Positions 1-11,759 of a stretch of DNA of 45,620 nucleotides are shown here, piece by piece. Origin of the DNA: Chiloscyllium plagiosum (lineage: Eukaryota); assembly GCF_004010195.1 (NCBI RefSeq), contig NW_025214539.1, forward strand, positions 1-45,620. The letters run 5' to 3'. The notes under the pieces were generated by a model that was not told where the DNA came from, searched no databases, and saw nothing but the letters and a program-made list of their open reading frames with translations. The first letter of the stretch is position 1. The number at the start of each line of letters is the position of its first letter. Made by a program: the position numbers and the translations under genes.

Positions 1-3000
1 CACTGATCCAACAGTTACTGTCCCTTTATCACACTGATCCGACAGTTACTGTCCCTTTATCACACTGATCCCTACAAGTTACTGTCCCTTTAACACACTG
101 ACCCCTACAGTTACTATCCCTTTATCACACTGACCCCTACAGTTACTGTCCCTTTTACACACTGACCCCTACAGTTACTATCCCTTTATCACACTGACCC
201 CTACAGTTACTGTCCCTTTGACACACTGATCCCTACAGTTACTGTCCTTTAACACACTGACCCCTACAGTTACTATCCCTTTATCACACTGACCCCTACA
301 GTTACTGTCCCTTTAACACACTGATCCCNNNNNNNNNNNNNNNNNNNNNNNNNNNNNNNNNNNNNNNNNNNNNNNNNNNNNNNNNNNNNNNNNNNNNNNN
401 NNNNNNNNNNNNNNNNNNNNNNNNNNNNNNNNNNNNNNNNNNNNNNNNNNNNNNNNNNNNNNNNNNNNNNNNNNNNNNNNNNNNNNNNNNNNNNNNNNNN
501 NNNNNNNNNNNNNNNNNNNNNNNNNNNNNNNNNNNNNNNNNNNNNNNNNNNNNNNNNNNNNNNNNNNNNNNNNNNNNNNNNNNNNNNNNNNNNNNNNNNN
601 NNNNNNNNNNNNNNNNNNNNNNNNNNNNNNNNNNNNNNNNNNNNNNNNNNNNNNNNNNNNNNNNNNNNNNNNNNNNNNNNNNNNNNNNNNNNNNNNNNNN
701 NNNNNNTACAGTTACTGTCCCTTTAACACACTGACCCCTACAGTTACTGTTCCTTTAACACACTGATCCCTACAGTTACTGTCCCTTTAACACACTGACC
801 CCTACAGTTACTGTCCCTTTATCACACTGATCTCTACAGTTACTGTCCCTTTATCACACGGACCCCTACAGTTACTGTGCCTTTAACACACTGACCCCTA
901 CAGTTACTGTCCCTTTAACACACTGATCCCTACAGTTACAGTCCCTTTATCACACTGACCCCTACAGTTACTGTTCCTGGAACACACTGACCCCTACAGT
1001 TACTGTCTCTTTATCACACTGACCCCCACAGTTACTGTCCCTTTAACACACTGATCCCGATAGTTACTGTCCCTTTATCACACTGACCCCTACAGTTACT
1101 GTCCCTTTAACACACTGACCCCTACAATTACTGTTCCTTTAACACACTGACCCCTACAGTTACTGTTCCTTTAACACACTGACCCCTACAGTTACTGTCT
1201 CTTTATCACACTGACCCCTACAGTTACTGTCCCTTTAACACACAGATCCCTCCAGTTACTGTCCCTTTAACACACTAACCCCTACAGTTACTGTCCCTTG
1301 ATCACACTAATCTCTACAGTTACTGTCACTTTAACACACTGACCCCTACAGTTACTGTCCCTTTAACACACTGATACCTACAGTTATTGTCCCTTTAACA
1401 CACTGATCCCTACAGTTATTGTCCCTTTAACACACTGATCCCTACAGTTACTGTCCCTTTAACACACTGACCCCTACAGTTACTGTTCCTTTAACACACA
1501 GATCCCTACAGTTACTGTCCCTTTAACACACTGACCCCTACAGTTATTGTCCCTTTAACACACTGACCCCTACAGTTACTGTCCCTTTAACACACTGATC
1601 CCTACAGTTACTGTCCCTTTAACACACTGACCCCTACAGTTACTGTCCCTTTAACACACTGATCCCCACAGTTACTGTCCCTTTATCACACTGACCCCTA
1701 CAGTTTCTGTCTCTTTAACACACTGTTCCCTACAGTTAATGTCCCTTTAACACACTGATCCCCACAGTTACTGTCCCTTTATCACACTGACCCCTACAGT
1801 TTCTGTCTGTTTAACACACTGACGCCGACAGTTACTGCCCCTTTATCACACTGATCCCTTCAGTTACTGTCCCTTTTTGACACTGACCCCTACAGTTACT
1901 GTCCCTTTAACACACTGACCCCTACAGTTACTGTCCCTTTATCACACGAACCCGTACAGTTACTGTCCCTTTAACACACTGATCCCTTCAGTTGCTGTCC
2001 CTTTATCACACTGATCCCGACAGTTCCTGTCCCTTTAACACACTGATCCCTTCAGTTACTGTCCCTATCTCACACTGATCCCTACTGTTTCTGTCCCTTT
2101 ATCACACTGACCCCTAATGTTACTGTCCCTTTATCACACTGATCCCTTCAGTTACTGTCCCTTTATCACACTGATCACTTCAGTTACTGTCCCTTTATCA
2201 CACCGACCCCTACAGTTACTGTCCCTTCAACACACTGACCCCGACAGTTACTGTCCCTTTATCACACTGATCCCTACAGTTACNNNNNTTACTGTCCCTT
2301 TATCACACTGACCCCTACAGTTACTATCCATTTCTCACACTGACCCCGACAATTACTGTCCCTTTATCACACTGATCCTACAGTTACTGTCCCTTTATCA
2401 CACTGACCCCGACAGTTACTATTCCTTTATCACACTGATCCCTACAATTACTGTCCCTTTAACTCACTGATCCCTACAGTTACTGTCCCTTTATCACACT
2501 GACTCCTACAGTTACTGTCCCTTTATCACACTGACCCCTACAGTTACTATCCATTTCTCACACTGACCCCGACAGTTACTGTCCCTTTATCACACTGATC
2601 CCTACAGTTACTGTCCCTTTAACACACTGATCCCTACAGTAACTGACCCTATCTCACACTGATCCCTACAGTTACTGTCCCTTTAACACACTGACCCCTA
2701 CAGTTACTGTCCCTATCTCACACTGATCCCTACAGTTACTGTCCCTTTATCACACTGATCCCTACAGTTACTGTCCATTTCTCACAATGATCCCTACAGT
2801 TACTGTCCATTTCTCACACTGACCCCTACAGTTACTGTCCCTATCTCACAATGATCCCTACAGTTACTATCCCTTTATCACACTGACCCCTACAGTTACT
2901 ATCCATTTCTCACACTGACCCCGACAGTTACTGTCCCTTTATCACACTGACCCCTACAGTTACTATCCATTTCTCACACTGACCCCGACAGTTACTGTCC

Positions 3001-3384
3001 CTTTATCACACTGACCCCTACAGTTACTATCCATTTCTCACACTGACCCCGACAGTTACTGTCCCTTTATCACACTGACCCCTACAGTTACTATCCATTT
3101 CTCACACTGACCCCGACAGTTACTGTCCCTTTATCACACTGATCCCTACAGTTACTGTCCCTTTATCACACTGATCCCTACAGTTACTGTCCCTTTATCA
3201 CACTGATCCCTACAGTTACTGTCCCTTTATCACACTGATCCCTACAGTTACTGTCCCTTTATCACACTGATCCCTACAGTTACTGTCCCTTTATCACACT
3301 GATCCCTACAGTTACTGTCCCTTTATCACACTGATCCCTACAGTTACTGTCCCTTTATCACACTGATCCCTACAGTTACTGTCC
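1..3384. repeat. 32-bp tandem satellite (consensus CCCTACAGTTACTGTCCCTTTAWCACACTGAY), interrupted by N gaps
   Basis: Period of 32 nt read directly (cctacag at 3241 and 3273). Units are contiguous with no spacers. Gaps at about 329-705, 2284-2288 and from 3385. Confidence 0.97.
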
Positions 3385-3470
3385 NNNNNNNNNNNNNNNN
3401 NNNNNNNNNNNNNNNNNNNNNNNNNNNNNNNNNNNNNNNNNNNNNNNNNNNNNNNNNNNNNNNNNNNNNN

Positions 3471-3998
3471 CTGGGCACTACGGGACAATTTAGCATGGCC
3501 AATCCACCCTAACCTGCACATCCCTGGACACTACGGGACAATTTAGCATGGCCAATCCACCCTAACCTGCACATCCCTGGACACTACGGGACAATTTAGC
3601 GCAGCCAATCCACCCTAACCTGCACATCCCTGGACACTACGGGACAATTTGGGGCAGCCAATCCACCCTAACCTGCACATCCCTGGACACTATGGGACAA
3701 TTTGGCGCAGCCAATCCACCCTAACCTGCACATCCCTGGACACTATGGGACAATTTAGCACAGCCAATCCAACCTAACCTGCATATCCCTGAACACTATG
3801 GGCAATGTAACATGGCCAATCCACCCTAACCTGCATATCTTTGGACTGTGGGAGGAAACCGGAGCACCAAGAGGAAACCCACGCGGACACAGAGAGAACA
3901 TGCAAACTCCATACAAACAGTCACCCGAGACTGGAATTGAACCTGGCTCCCTGGCGCTGTGAGGCAGCAATGCTAACCACTGAGCCACTATGCCGCCC
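3471..3998 (-). mobile_element. HE1-like tRNA-derived SINE with an internal 53-bp segment amplified in tandem (7 or more units)
   Basis: The reverse complement of 3840-3998 is the SINE head (GGGCGGCATAGTGGCTCAGTGGTTAGCA...GGTTCAATTCC; A/B boxes). Units of CTGGACACTACGGGACAATTTAGCATGGCCAATCCACCCTAACCTGCACATCC start at 3471, 3524, 3577, 3630, 3683, 3736 and 3789. Confidence 0.9.
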
Positions 3999-4637
3999 AA
4001 TCTGAGGCCACCTTGTTGGGATGGGTTCAGAAAGTGTTGGTTGAAAGCGGCCTGTGAACTTTGACCCAGTGTCCAAGGGAGGCCTGTTCGCCCTGGGAAA
4101 TGTAACCCTCAAATCCAATCCCAACTCCTACTCTGATGGTCAGGGGCTCCACTTGAATGTTGTGGGCCTGCAGGTTTGGAAAGGCTCCATTAATTCTTCA
4201 CCGCAGAGGGCTGTTTAGTCTACTCAAGAATAGACAGGTTTCTGTTCAGAAAGGGGCAAAGGCAAGGAAATGGAGTTGAGGATTATCAGATCATTATCAT
4301 GATCTCAATGAATGGTGGAACAAAGTCAACAGGCTGCTCTGCTCCTGTGCCTCCTGGTCTCATTAACGTTAGTGTTAGTTAATCGGAACCTCAGTCCAAA
4401 CTTTATAGAGTCTCCCGAGACACCACAATATACACCTATTCTCCCCAAGCTTCAAGATGATTGGTTTTAAGTGACACAAGTATCCGCTTAAACCAATTAT
4501 AGAGTTAAAATACTGGAATACAATGCTCATGAAATGTTTTCTCATAAATAAACTACTTAGCATCAAATGGATTTTTTTTTTCTGTTGCCGTAATTATTAA
4601 TTTTTCACATCAATCCTTCATTGTGCGCATCTTCCAC

Positions 4638-5167
4638 TCACACCTCTGTACCTTCCCTGGGGTACAACAGGCTGTTGGCGTTGAGGCTGTTGTAGAAGTG
4701 ATTGTTGAACTGGTTCAGGACTGAGGAGTATCCGTAATGGTTTGACGTTCCCGGGTCGCTCCATTCCGAGCCGGACTGGCCCAGGATGTTGCCGGAGGGC
4801 GGGTAGGAGCTGAACCCCATCATGCCCTGCCCCATTCTCTGGGAAGTGTCACTGACCAGTCCGAGGGGAGCTTGCCTCCCGCCTGGCGGGTTGTTGTACG
4901 TGGACATGCTGGAAATGAAGTTGCTGAGGCAGGGAGCCGAGCCGGGAGCCGGAGACTTCTTGTCTGGAGACGTGCCCGTCCGAGCAGAGGAGGGGTCCGG
5001 GATTCCGGGACTCAGGGGGGCCTTGTGGGGGCCGTCATCCGGTTTCTCGGCTCCGAGACCGCCAGCGGAGGCGTTGGGGTCAGACTTCCTCTTCCTCTTG
5101 CGCCGGAAGTTGCCGTTGTCGAACATTTTCTCGCAGTTGGGATCCAGAGTCCAGTAGTTTCCCTTCC
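4638..5167 (-). CDS. foxi1: Forkhead box protein I1, coding exon 2 (end of forkhead domain, basic NLS, C-terminus)
   Basis: Translation [28 protein letters not shown]...[10 protein letters not shown]. Polypyrimidine tract plus AG acceptor at 5169-5168. The phase-1 join with exon 1 gives GGG (Gly). TGA at 4640-4638. The C-terminal YPREGTEV is typical of FoxI proteins. Confidence 0.96.
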
Positions 5168-5859
5168 CTGCAAGATGTGGGAGGGGGAGGCAAGAGAGAG
5201 AGAGAGAAAAACACACACCGTGAGGCATCAAGAGGCAGTGAACTGGGTCAGGCCCAAAGAAATAAAAAGCACAGAAATCCATTTCCAATTCAGGAATGGC
5301 TTCCCTCAGTCTGAACACTTCCACAGCAAACATTGTCCCCCTTCCTGGTTAACGTGCTGTTGTAAACATACGCCTGTTCCTTAAGCCAATCTCTCTCCGC
5401 CCATGGGCACAACATGAAGGTCTCGACATGCTTTTCCAGAACCTCAAACGTGTCAAAACATTAAAAAAAAGAAAAGCCCTCACTTCCCTCTGCCTTCCCT
5501 TTCCTAACCCAGCCCAGTGGTGCATTAAAGCCAAAAGCTCAATGCTGTCCAAACTCCCGCTCTAACCTCACCTCCTCACCCCACTTGCCCTTGGTGTTGC
5601 TCTGCACTGAGAAGTTTGACCCTTCAGCATCTGGGCCACTTCATGTAGAATACAAGGTGAAAGCAGTCTCCTTAGGGAGCAGCAATATTGCTGTGACATT
5701 GATGGGTGCGATGTCGCTCTAAAGCATTGACCACCAGCACGTCAGAGACATCAATAAACTCAGTGTCGTGCCGTTACACCTCAATCAATGTCTTGCCTGT
5801 GAAAGGCTGGCGCTGAACAATGAATGTGTGGCCAATGTTGCTTTCACAAGTCACAGATC

Positions 5860-6675
5860 AATAACGTATTCCTTTATTGGTCAGAGTATTGAGTACTGGA
5901 GTTGGGAGGTCATGTTGCAGCTGTACAGGACATTGGTTAGACCACTTTTGGAATATTGTCTGCAATTCTGGTCTCTCTCCTATCAGAAGGATGTTGTGAA
6001 ACTTGAAAGGGTTCAGAAAGTGGAGTCGCAGGTAGATAGGATAGTGAAGAAGGCGTTTGGTATGCTTTCCTTTATTGGTCAGAGTATTTAGTACAGGAGT
6101 TGGGAGGTCATGTTCCTGCTATACAGGACATTGGTTAGGCCACTGTTGAAATATTATGTGCAATTCTGGTCTCCTTCCTATTGGAAAGATATTGTGAATC
6201 TTGAAAGGGTTCAGAAAAGATTTACAAGGATGTTACCAGGGTTGGAGGATTTGAGCTACAGGGAGAGGCTGAATAGGCTGGGGCTGTTTTCCCTGGAGCA
6301 TTGAAGGCTGAGGGGTGACCTTATAGAGGTTTATAAAATCACGAGGGGCAAGGATAGGATAAAAAGACAAGGTCTTTTCCCTCGGGTGGGGGAGCCCAGA
6401 ACTAGAGGGGACAGGTTTAGGATGAGAGGGGAAAGATATTAAAGGGACCTTAGGGGCAACTTTTTCACATAGAGGGTGGTACGTGTATGGAATGAGCTGC
6501 CAGAGGAAGTGGTGGAGGCTGGTACAAATACAGCATTTAAAAGGCATCTGGATGGGTATAGAGGTTTAGAGAGATATGGGCCAGGTGCTGGCAAATGGTA
6601 CTAGATTAGGTTAGGATATCTGGTTGGCATGGACAAGTTGGACCGAAGGGCCTGTTTCCGTGCTGTACATCTTTA
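5860..6675 (+). mobile_element. CR1/HER1-type LINE 3' fragment in the foxi1 intron (antisense to the gene), with internal partial duplication
   Basis: ORF2 C-terminal motifs LYRTLVRPLLEYC-QFWSP, LERVQKRFTRMLPGLEDLSYRERL occur twice (about 5860-6018 and 6019-6200), followed by the CR1 3' UTR. Confidence 0.9.
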
Positions 6676-6722
6676 TTACCGAGAGCGACATAAACCGACT
6701 TCAAAACCATAAGGTGACTTAC

Positions 6723-7287
6723 CTGGGTCATCCTCATCTCTGGGGACTTTCTTGAAGCAATCGTTGAGGGAGAGATTGTGCCGGATGGAGTTCTGCCAGC
6801 CGGCTTTGCTCTTGTTGTAGAAGGGGAAGTTGTCGGCCACATATTGATAGATCTGGCTGAGGGTCAGCCTCTTGTCCGGCGCTCCGTGGATCGCCATGGC
6901 GATCAGAGCCGAGTAGGAGTATGGAGGCCTCACCAGCTTCAGCAGCTCCTCCTGGTTGGGGATGGAGAGCCAGCCCAGATCCGAGCCCCCCAGGCTGCCA
7001 CCGTTGGGGATGAACTGCCTGGGCATCCCGTAGGACTGCGGGATGAAGGGGCTGCCATTGGACCCGGGCAAGTATGACGAGGGGTTCATGGGGGGTCCGT
7101 TCAGCCAGAGGTAGGGGTTGCTGGATGAGCCGTAATCCTCAATGTCATAGTTGGATGGCCGCTGGGCGTTCTGCTGGTGGAAGAAGTTTTCACAGAAGAT
7201 GTTCAACTCTGGGGGCTCCTGACCGATGCTGGGGAACTGGGGACTGCATCGAGGAGGCGACTGTGTTTGCAGGTCAAATGAACTCAT
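6723..7287 (-). CDS. foxi1: Forkhead box protein I1, coding exon 1
   Basis: ATG at 7287. The N-terminus [27 protein letters not shown] closely resembles tetrapod FOXI1. Forkhead domain [14 protein letters not shown]...[26 protein letters not shown]. Donor G|GTAAGT at 6723/6722. 565+530 = 1095 nt = 364 aa plus stop. Confidence 0.96.
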
Positions 7288-7382
7288 AATCTCTTTCAGG
7301 TCAGGCAAGGTTGAATCAACCTGCAGACTCTGTTGCAGCAATTAAAGTGACTATTAAAGTGTTTGCACCTTGCACCTCCTAC

Positions 7383-7443
7383 TTATACACCTGTCTCCCC
7401 AGGGATCAGTTACATAACTCCACCCAGGGCCCACACTGATTGG
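7383..7443 (-). promoter_or_regulatory. Putative foxi1 core promoter: CCAAT box (7443-7439) and TATA-like TATAA (7387-7383)
   Basis: Minus-strand CCAATCA lies about 55 nt upstream of GTATAAGT, which is about 100 nt upstream of the ATG. Order and spacing are canonical. Confidence 0.6.
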
Positions 7444-8204
7444 TGCCGACGTGACCCAGGTAAAATGTTGATGGTTCAGTTTCTCCCTTATCATCAGTCC
7501 ATTCCCCGTGAGCTGGTGTGTTATTTCGAGAGGGGGATGGGGAAGAAACAGAGAGAAAAAAACCCAGTGATTTATTTACACTGTGAACATGGACACATTG
7601 CCCGAAGCATTCTGTAATCAAGAATTGCTCTGCGAGCTCTTGCTCAAGAGTCAGTCAAATGCCTTATAAATAAAAATCAGAATAGGACAGGGCTTCACTT
7701 GAAATAAATTTTGTTTGTGCAAAAACGTTCAGCGATTTCAACAAACTTCTCTCCACAGAGCTTGAGGGCCAGATTTCAAGTTGTTTTAACTCAACAAACT
7801 TTCACTCTGATTTCTCTCCCCACTTGTTGCCCCCCCCCCCCCCACCTCAAATGATTAGCAAAGTGTTTTACCCTGGGGGAAGTGACAATAGATGCAACAG
7901 TGCGATACCGGACAGGTTTTGAAAGAGGGGAAGATGGGAGAAGTGGGTTAAAGCAGGCACCCGTTGACAGGTGAGATAACATTAACCTGGACAAACGAAG
8001 ACATGAGCCGTCACAAGACAATGCAATCAGGAGTCTAATGTTTGCTAAAATAACAAATTAGCTCCCACTGCAGCTTCATAACTTTGACTGCAAAGCTAAT
8101 GCCAGTTAAAGCAGCACATTTAAAGACTTTATAATCCTGACAATAATTAGGGCACTGTTGATCGTTATAGCAAACACTACAGCCATAACTGAAACCCTGA
8201 CTTT

Positions 8205-8905
8205 CTTCATACAGCACAGAAACAGACCTTTCGGTTCAACTAGTCCACGCCAAACATAATCCCAAACTAAACCAGTTCCACATGTCTGCACTTGGCCCAT
8301 ATCCTTCCAAACCTTTCCTATTCATGTACTATTCCAAACGGCTTTCAAATGTTGTAACTGTATCCATGGCCAACACTTCCTCTGGAAGTTCACTCCACAC
8401 ACCAGCCACCCTCCGTGTAAAAAAAAATTGCTCCCATGTCTTTTTTTAATCTCTCTCCTCTCAACCTAAAAATGTGCCCCCAGTCTTGAGATTCCCCATC
8501 CTTGGGAAAAGACAACTCCCATTAACCCTATCTATATCCCCCATTCTTATTTGCCTGTTCTCCCTACTTCACTGCCACGGATGCTGACATTTGCTCGATA
8601 TCAGTGTCTCCTTTCCTGCTGCCCGTATCCAAGTAACTACTTAACCCTTTCAGTCCCTGCTGCTCCAGGCAGTGGCCTTTGGTGGCTTGTTCGAAGTGGA
8701 GGCTGGCCTGGTCATTGTGGCAGAGTAAGATCCCATTCTCGTACATCTGGGGTCATCGGGTCATCGAGATGTACAGCACGGAAACAGATCCTTCAGCCCA
8801 ACTCATCCATGCCGACCAGGTATCCTACACTAATCTAGTCCCATTTGCCAGCACTTGGCCCATATCCCTCTAAACCCTTCCTATTCATATAACCATCCAG
8901 ATGCC
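8205..8905 (-). mobile_element. Two CR1-type LINE 3'-end fragments (about 8205-8550 and 8750-8905)
   Basis: Reverse complement of the CR1 3' UTR seen at 6480-6670 (GGATATGGGCCAAGTGC...GGACTAG). Confidence 0.8.
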
Positions 8906-9547
8906 TCCCACAAACACTGTTTGATATTTAGAATCGATGGCTAATTATTTGTCTCTGGGTGAAATGCTGGCGGTGAGTGTCTGTCAGTGGGGACTGAAAA
9001 GGGTCAAAGTGAGACCATCTCAACCTTAATTATAATGATGAGAAAGCAAAACTCATCGAAATAGGATTGTTTTCATCATAAATCATCACCCATTCCCTCT
9101 TGTCACAGTTTACATCAATGCTGAGGGACTGAGTGTCACATAATCCTCTGGCAGTTGGAGAATATTTAGTATTTAGTATAAGTAATGTTCATTGACAATT
9201 TTACCTCAACCTTCAGTAGCTGCCTGCTCCCACCGTAGTTTGGAATCTGCTCAAGACCACAGAGTTTAGCTTCATCAACTCTGCTTCTGGCAGCCAAACA
9301 CACAAATACAATTAAATGGAGAACTTGCCAAAGCAAAAGGGAACATCTCTCTCTTGCTGCCATGGTTAAGAAATGGCTTTCTCGTTCGCCGCTGTCTCTC
9401 AATCCCTCGCAGCTTTTGTTCCTTAATAACGCTGACTCTCACTGCGCTGCAACTCCATGCCATCTCACCCCATGTGGTCACGGGCCACTGAAACACCGGG
9501 CAACCCTTTTACTGCCCACGCCCTGGAAGCATAACCATAGAAAGACC

Positions 9548-9737
9548 ATGACGTGGAGGTGCCGGTGTTGGACTGGGGTGGACAAAGTTAAAAAATCAAA
9601 CAACACCAGGTTATAGTGCAACAGGTTTATTTGGAAGCACTAGCTTTCGGAGCAGCCTGATGAAAGAGCAGCGCTCCGAAAGCTAGTGCTTCCAAATAAA
9701 CCTGTTGGACTATAACCTGGTGCTGTGTGGTTTTTAG
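9548..9737. mobile_element. Palindromic Penelope-like terminal fragment (family A) with hammerhead core and 12-bp TSD
   Basis: Inverted arms at about 9590-9655 and 9670-9735. CTGATGA-AAGAGCAGCGCTCC-GAAAGCTA at 9657-9685. Flanking direct repeat CATAGAAAGACC (9536-9547) / CAAAGAAAGACC (9738-9749). Confidence 0.75.
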
Positions 9738-10090
9738 CAAAGAAAGACCTGCATTGTTGTATGGCCTGAAAGCCCTCCAGATCGCCTTATGGCTAATCGG
9801 GCGCATTTTCTGGCCCGCTCGCCTGTTGAATCTGTGCACAGCAAGATCCCATAACCAGTGAGCATGCTCCTGTGCCAGAAGCTGCTGGAGAAACTCAGCA
9901 ACATCTAGCAACATCGGTGAAGAGAAAGCAGAGTTTAACATTTCGAGTCTTTCAATAAATGTGAGTGTGACCTCTGGGGACAACGTCTGGATTTTAGCGG
10001 CAGGGAATATTTTACAACTACCCGAGAACAGAGAGAAATATCTCAACTTTCTTCATTGTCAGGAAGCCAGGAGCCAGCCTGTGTAATGTA

Positions 10091-10107
10091 TTGCCCTCTA
10101 GTGGCCT
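10091..10107 (-). promoter_or_regulatory. CTCF-like binding motif
   Basis: Minus strand GGCCACTAGAGGGCAA matches the CTCF core CCACYAGRKGGCR. Confidence 0.55.
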
Positions 10108-10185
10108 TCCTCTGCACCAACAAAAGTATGTTCCATTGAGAGACGTGTAGCTGGGAAAACACTCACCTGTACGATATTGCTAGGC

Positions 10186-10510
10186 AAAAGTGACGACTGC
10201 AGATGCTGGAGATTAGAGTCAAGATTAGATCAGTGCTGGAAAAGCACAGCAGGTCAGGCAGCATCCGAGGATTCGATGTTAGAGATGGTGTAGAAATACT
10301 GTCTGTTGAGAGTATGAATTCTTCTTAGGATTTTGTACAGAAGGGGTCCTTTGCAGTTCTGAGAGAGTGTGGCCCTCAGTTGAGGCATAGCTGATGAAGG
10401 GTTAGCCCAAATGCATTCCTGATGAAGAACTCCTGCCCGAAACGTCGATTTTCCTGCTCCTCGGATGCTGCCTGACCTGCTGTGCTTTTCCAGCACCACA
10501 CATTTTGACA
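10186..10510. mobile_element. Penelope-like terminal fragments (family B) in inverted arrangement, degenerate hammerhead core
   Basis: GTGCTGGAAAAGCACAGCAGGTCAGGCAGCATCCGAGGA (about 10233-10270) and its reverse complement (about 10458-10496). CTGATGA...GCCCGAAACGTC at 10419-10446. Confidence 0.75.
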
Positions 10511-10526
10511 TTAAAGAATCCAGGCT

Positions 10527-10797
10527 GTGTGCATTAATCTATGTGTGCATTAATCTACGTGCACATTAATCTATGTGTACATTAATCTACGTGTACATTA
10601 ATCTACGCGTGCATTAATCTACGTGTACATTAATCTACATGTACATTAATCTACTTGTGCATTAATCTGCGTGTGCATTAATCTATGTGTACATTAATCT
10701 ACATGTACATTAATCTACGTGTGCATTAATCTGCGTGTGCATTAATCTACGTGAACATTAATCGACATGTACATTAATTTACGTGTGCACTAATCTA
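10527..10797. repeat. 16-bp minisatellite (GTGTRCATTAATCTAY), about 17 units
   Basis: Read directly from the sequence. Confidence 0.95.
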
Positions 10798-11043
10798 ACT
10801 ATGATTCTGTTCAAGTTCAACGTAGTTTTTCCATATTTTCTCACCTCAAATGATCCACAAATGCTTTCCGAAAGTATTATGCTGGGTGCCACTACTGTTA
10901 GTGCTTTGTGAATCATTTACTTTTAGTAAATGGGACCATTTATAGTCTAAAACCTCTCCCAACAAGGAAGTACGCTGGCTCAAAATGGCCGCAATGGTCA
11001 TCTGATCAGGTTGAGCCAAGTACATGAAACTATCAATAAATAG

Positions 11044-11415
11044 AGTTAAAAATCACACAACACCAGGTTATAGTCCAACAGGTTTATTTGGGAAGCACTA
11101 GCTTTCGGAGCGCTGTTACTTCATCAGGTGGTTGTGGAGGACACAATTGTAAGACACAGAATTTATGGTAAAAGTTTACAGTGTGATGTAACTGAAATTA
11201 TACATTGAAAAATACCTTATGTGTAATTTCAGTTACATCACACTGTAAACATTTGCTATAAATTCTGTGTCTGACAATTGTGTCCTCCACAACCAGTTGA
11301 TGAAGGAGCAGCGCTCCGAAAACTAGTGCTTCCCAATTAAACCTGTTGGACTATAACCTGGTGTTGTGTGATTTTTAACTTTGTCCACCCCAGTCCAACA
11401 CCAGCATCTCCAAGC
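11044..11415. mobile_element. Long palindromic Penelope-like terminal element (family A)
   Basis: Arms at about 11044-11204 and 11219-11380 are near-perfect reverse complements. Each arm has a mutated hammerhead core. ATCAATAA occurs on both flanks. Confidence 0.8.
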
Positions 11416-11759
11416 CATCAATAAGCAAGAAATATTCTAAGACATAAATAACATCGATATATTGCTGCACAAAACTCCGAGCTGCGTCTCTTGGATGATT
11501 CACGCCTTCGTTTGGGAGTTTCACACTTTGGGGCAAATATCTCACCACTGTGATATCCAGCTTGGAAAAAACAGAAGGAGATTTACAACTGAACTGCATT
11601 TCAGGGAAACAGCCTCTGGGCAGAGAGAAGGGAGGTGGGTTTGCAACAGTAGAACAACAGTTAGTCTCCATGCATTTTCTCCCAGGCTACCAAATAAACA
11701 GTGCCTGGCAATTAAGGTGAAGTTGCTCTAGCTGTCACTCATCATCACTCATTTAAGAT

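Noticed and set aside
1..3384. CRISPR-like array (32-bp partly palindromic repeats)
   Set aside because: Units are directly adjacent with no unique spacers, there are no cas genes, and the context is vertebrate.
5168..5333. N-terminal extension of ORF 4638-5333, and the TTG start at 7341
   Set aside because: The first is intron (polypyrimidine tract before the AG acceptor). The second lies upstream of the ATG that matches the FOXI1 start.
4822..5384. Plus-strand ORFs overlapping foxi1 exon 2 (and 6778-7289 over exon 1)
   Set aside because: Antisense shadows of a GC-rich coding exon with no recognisable motifs.
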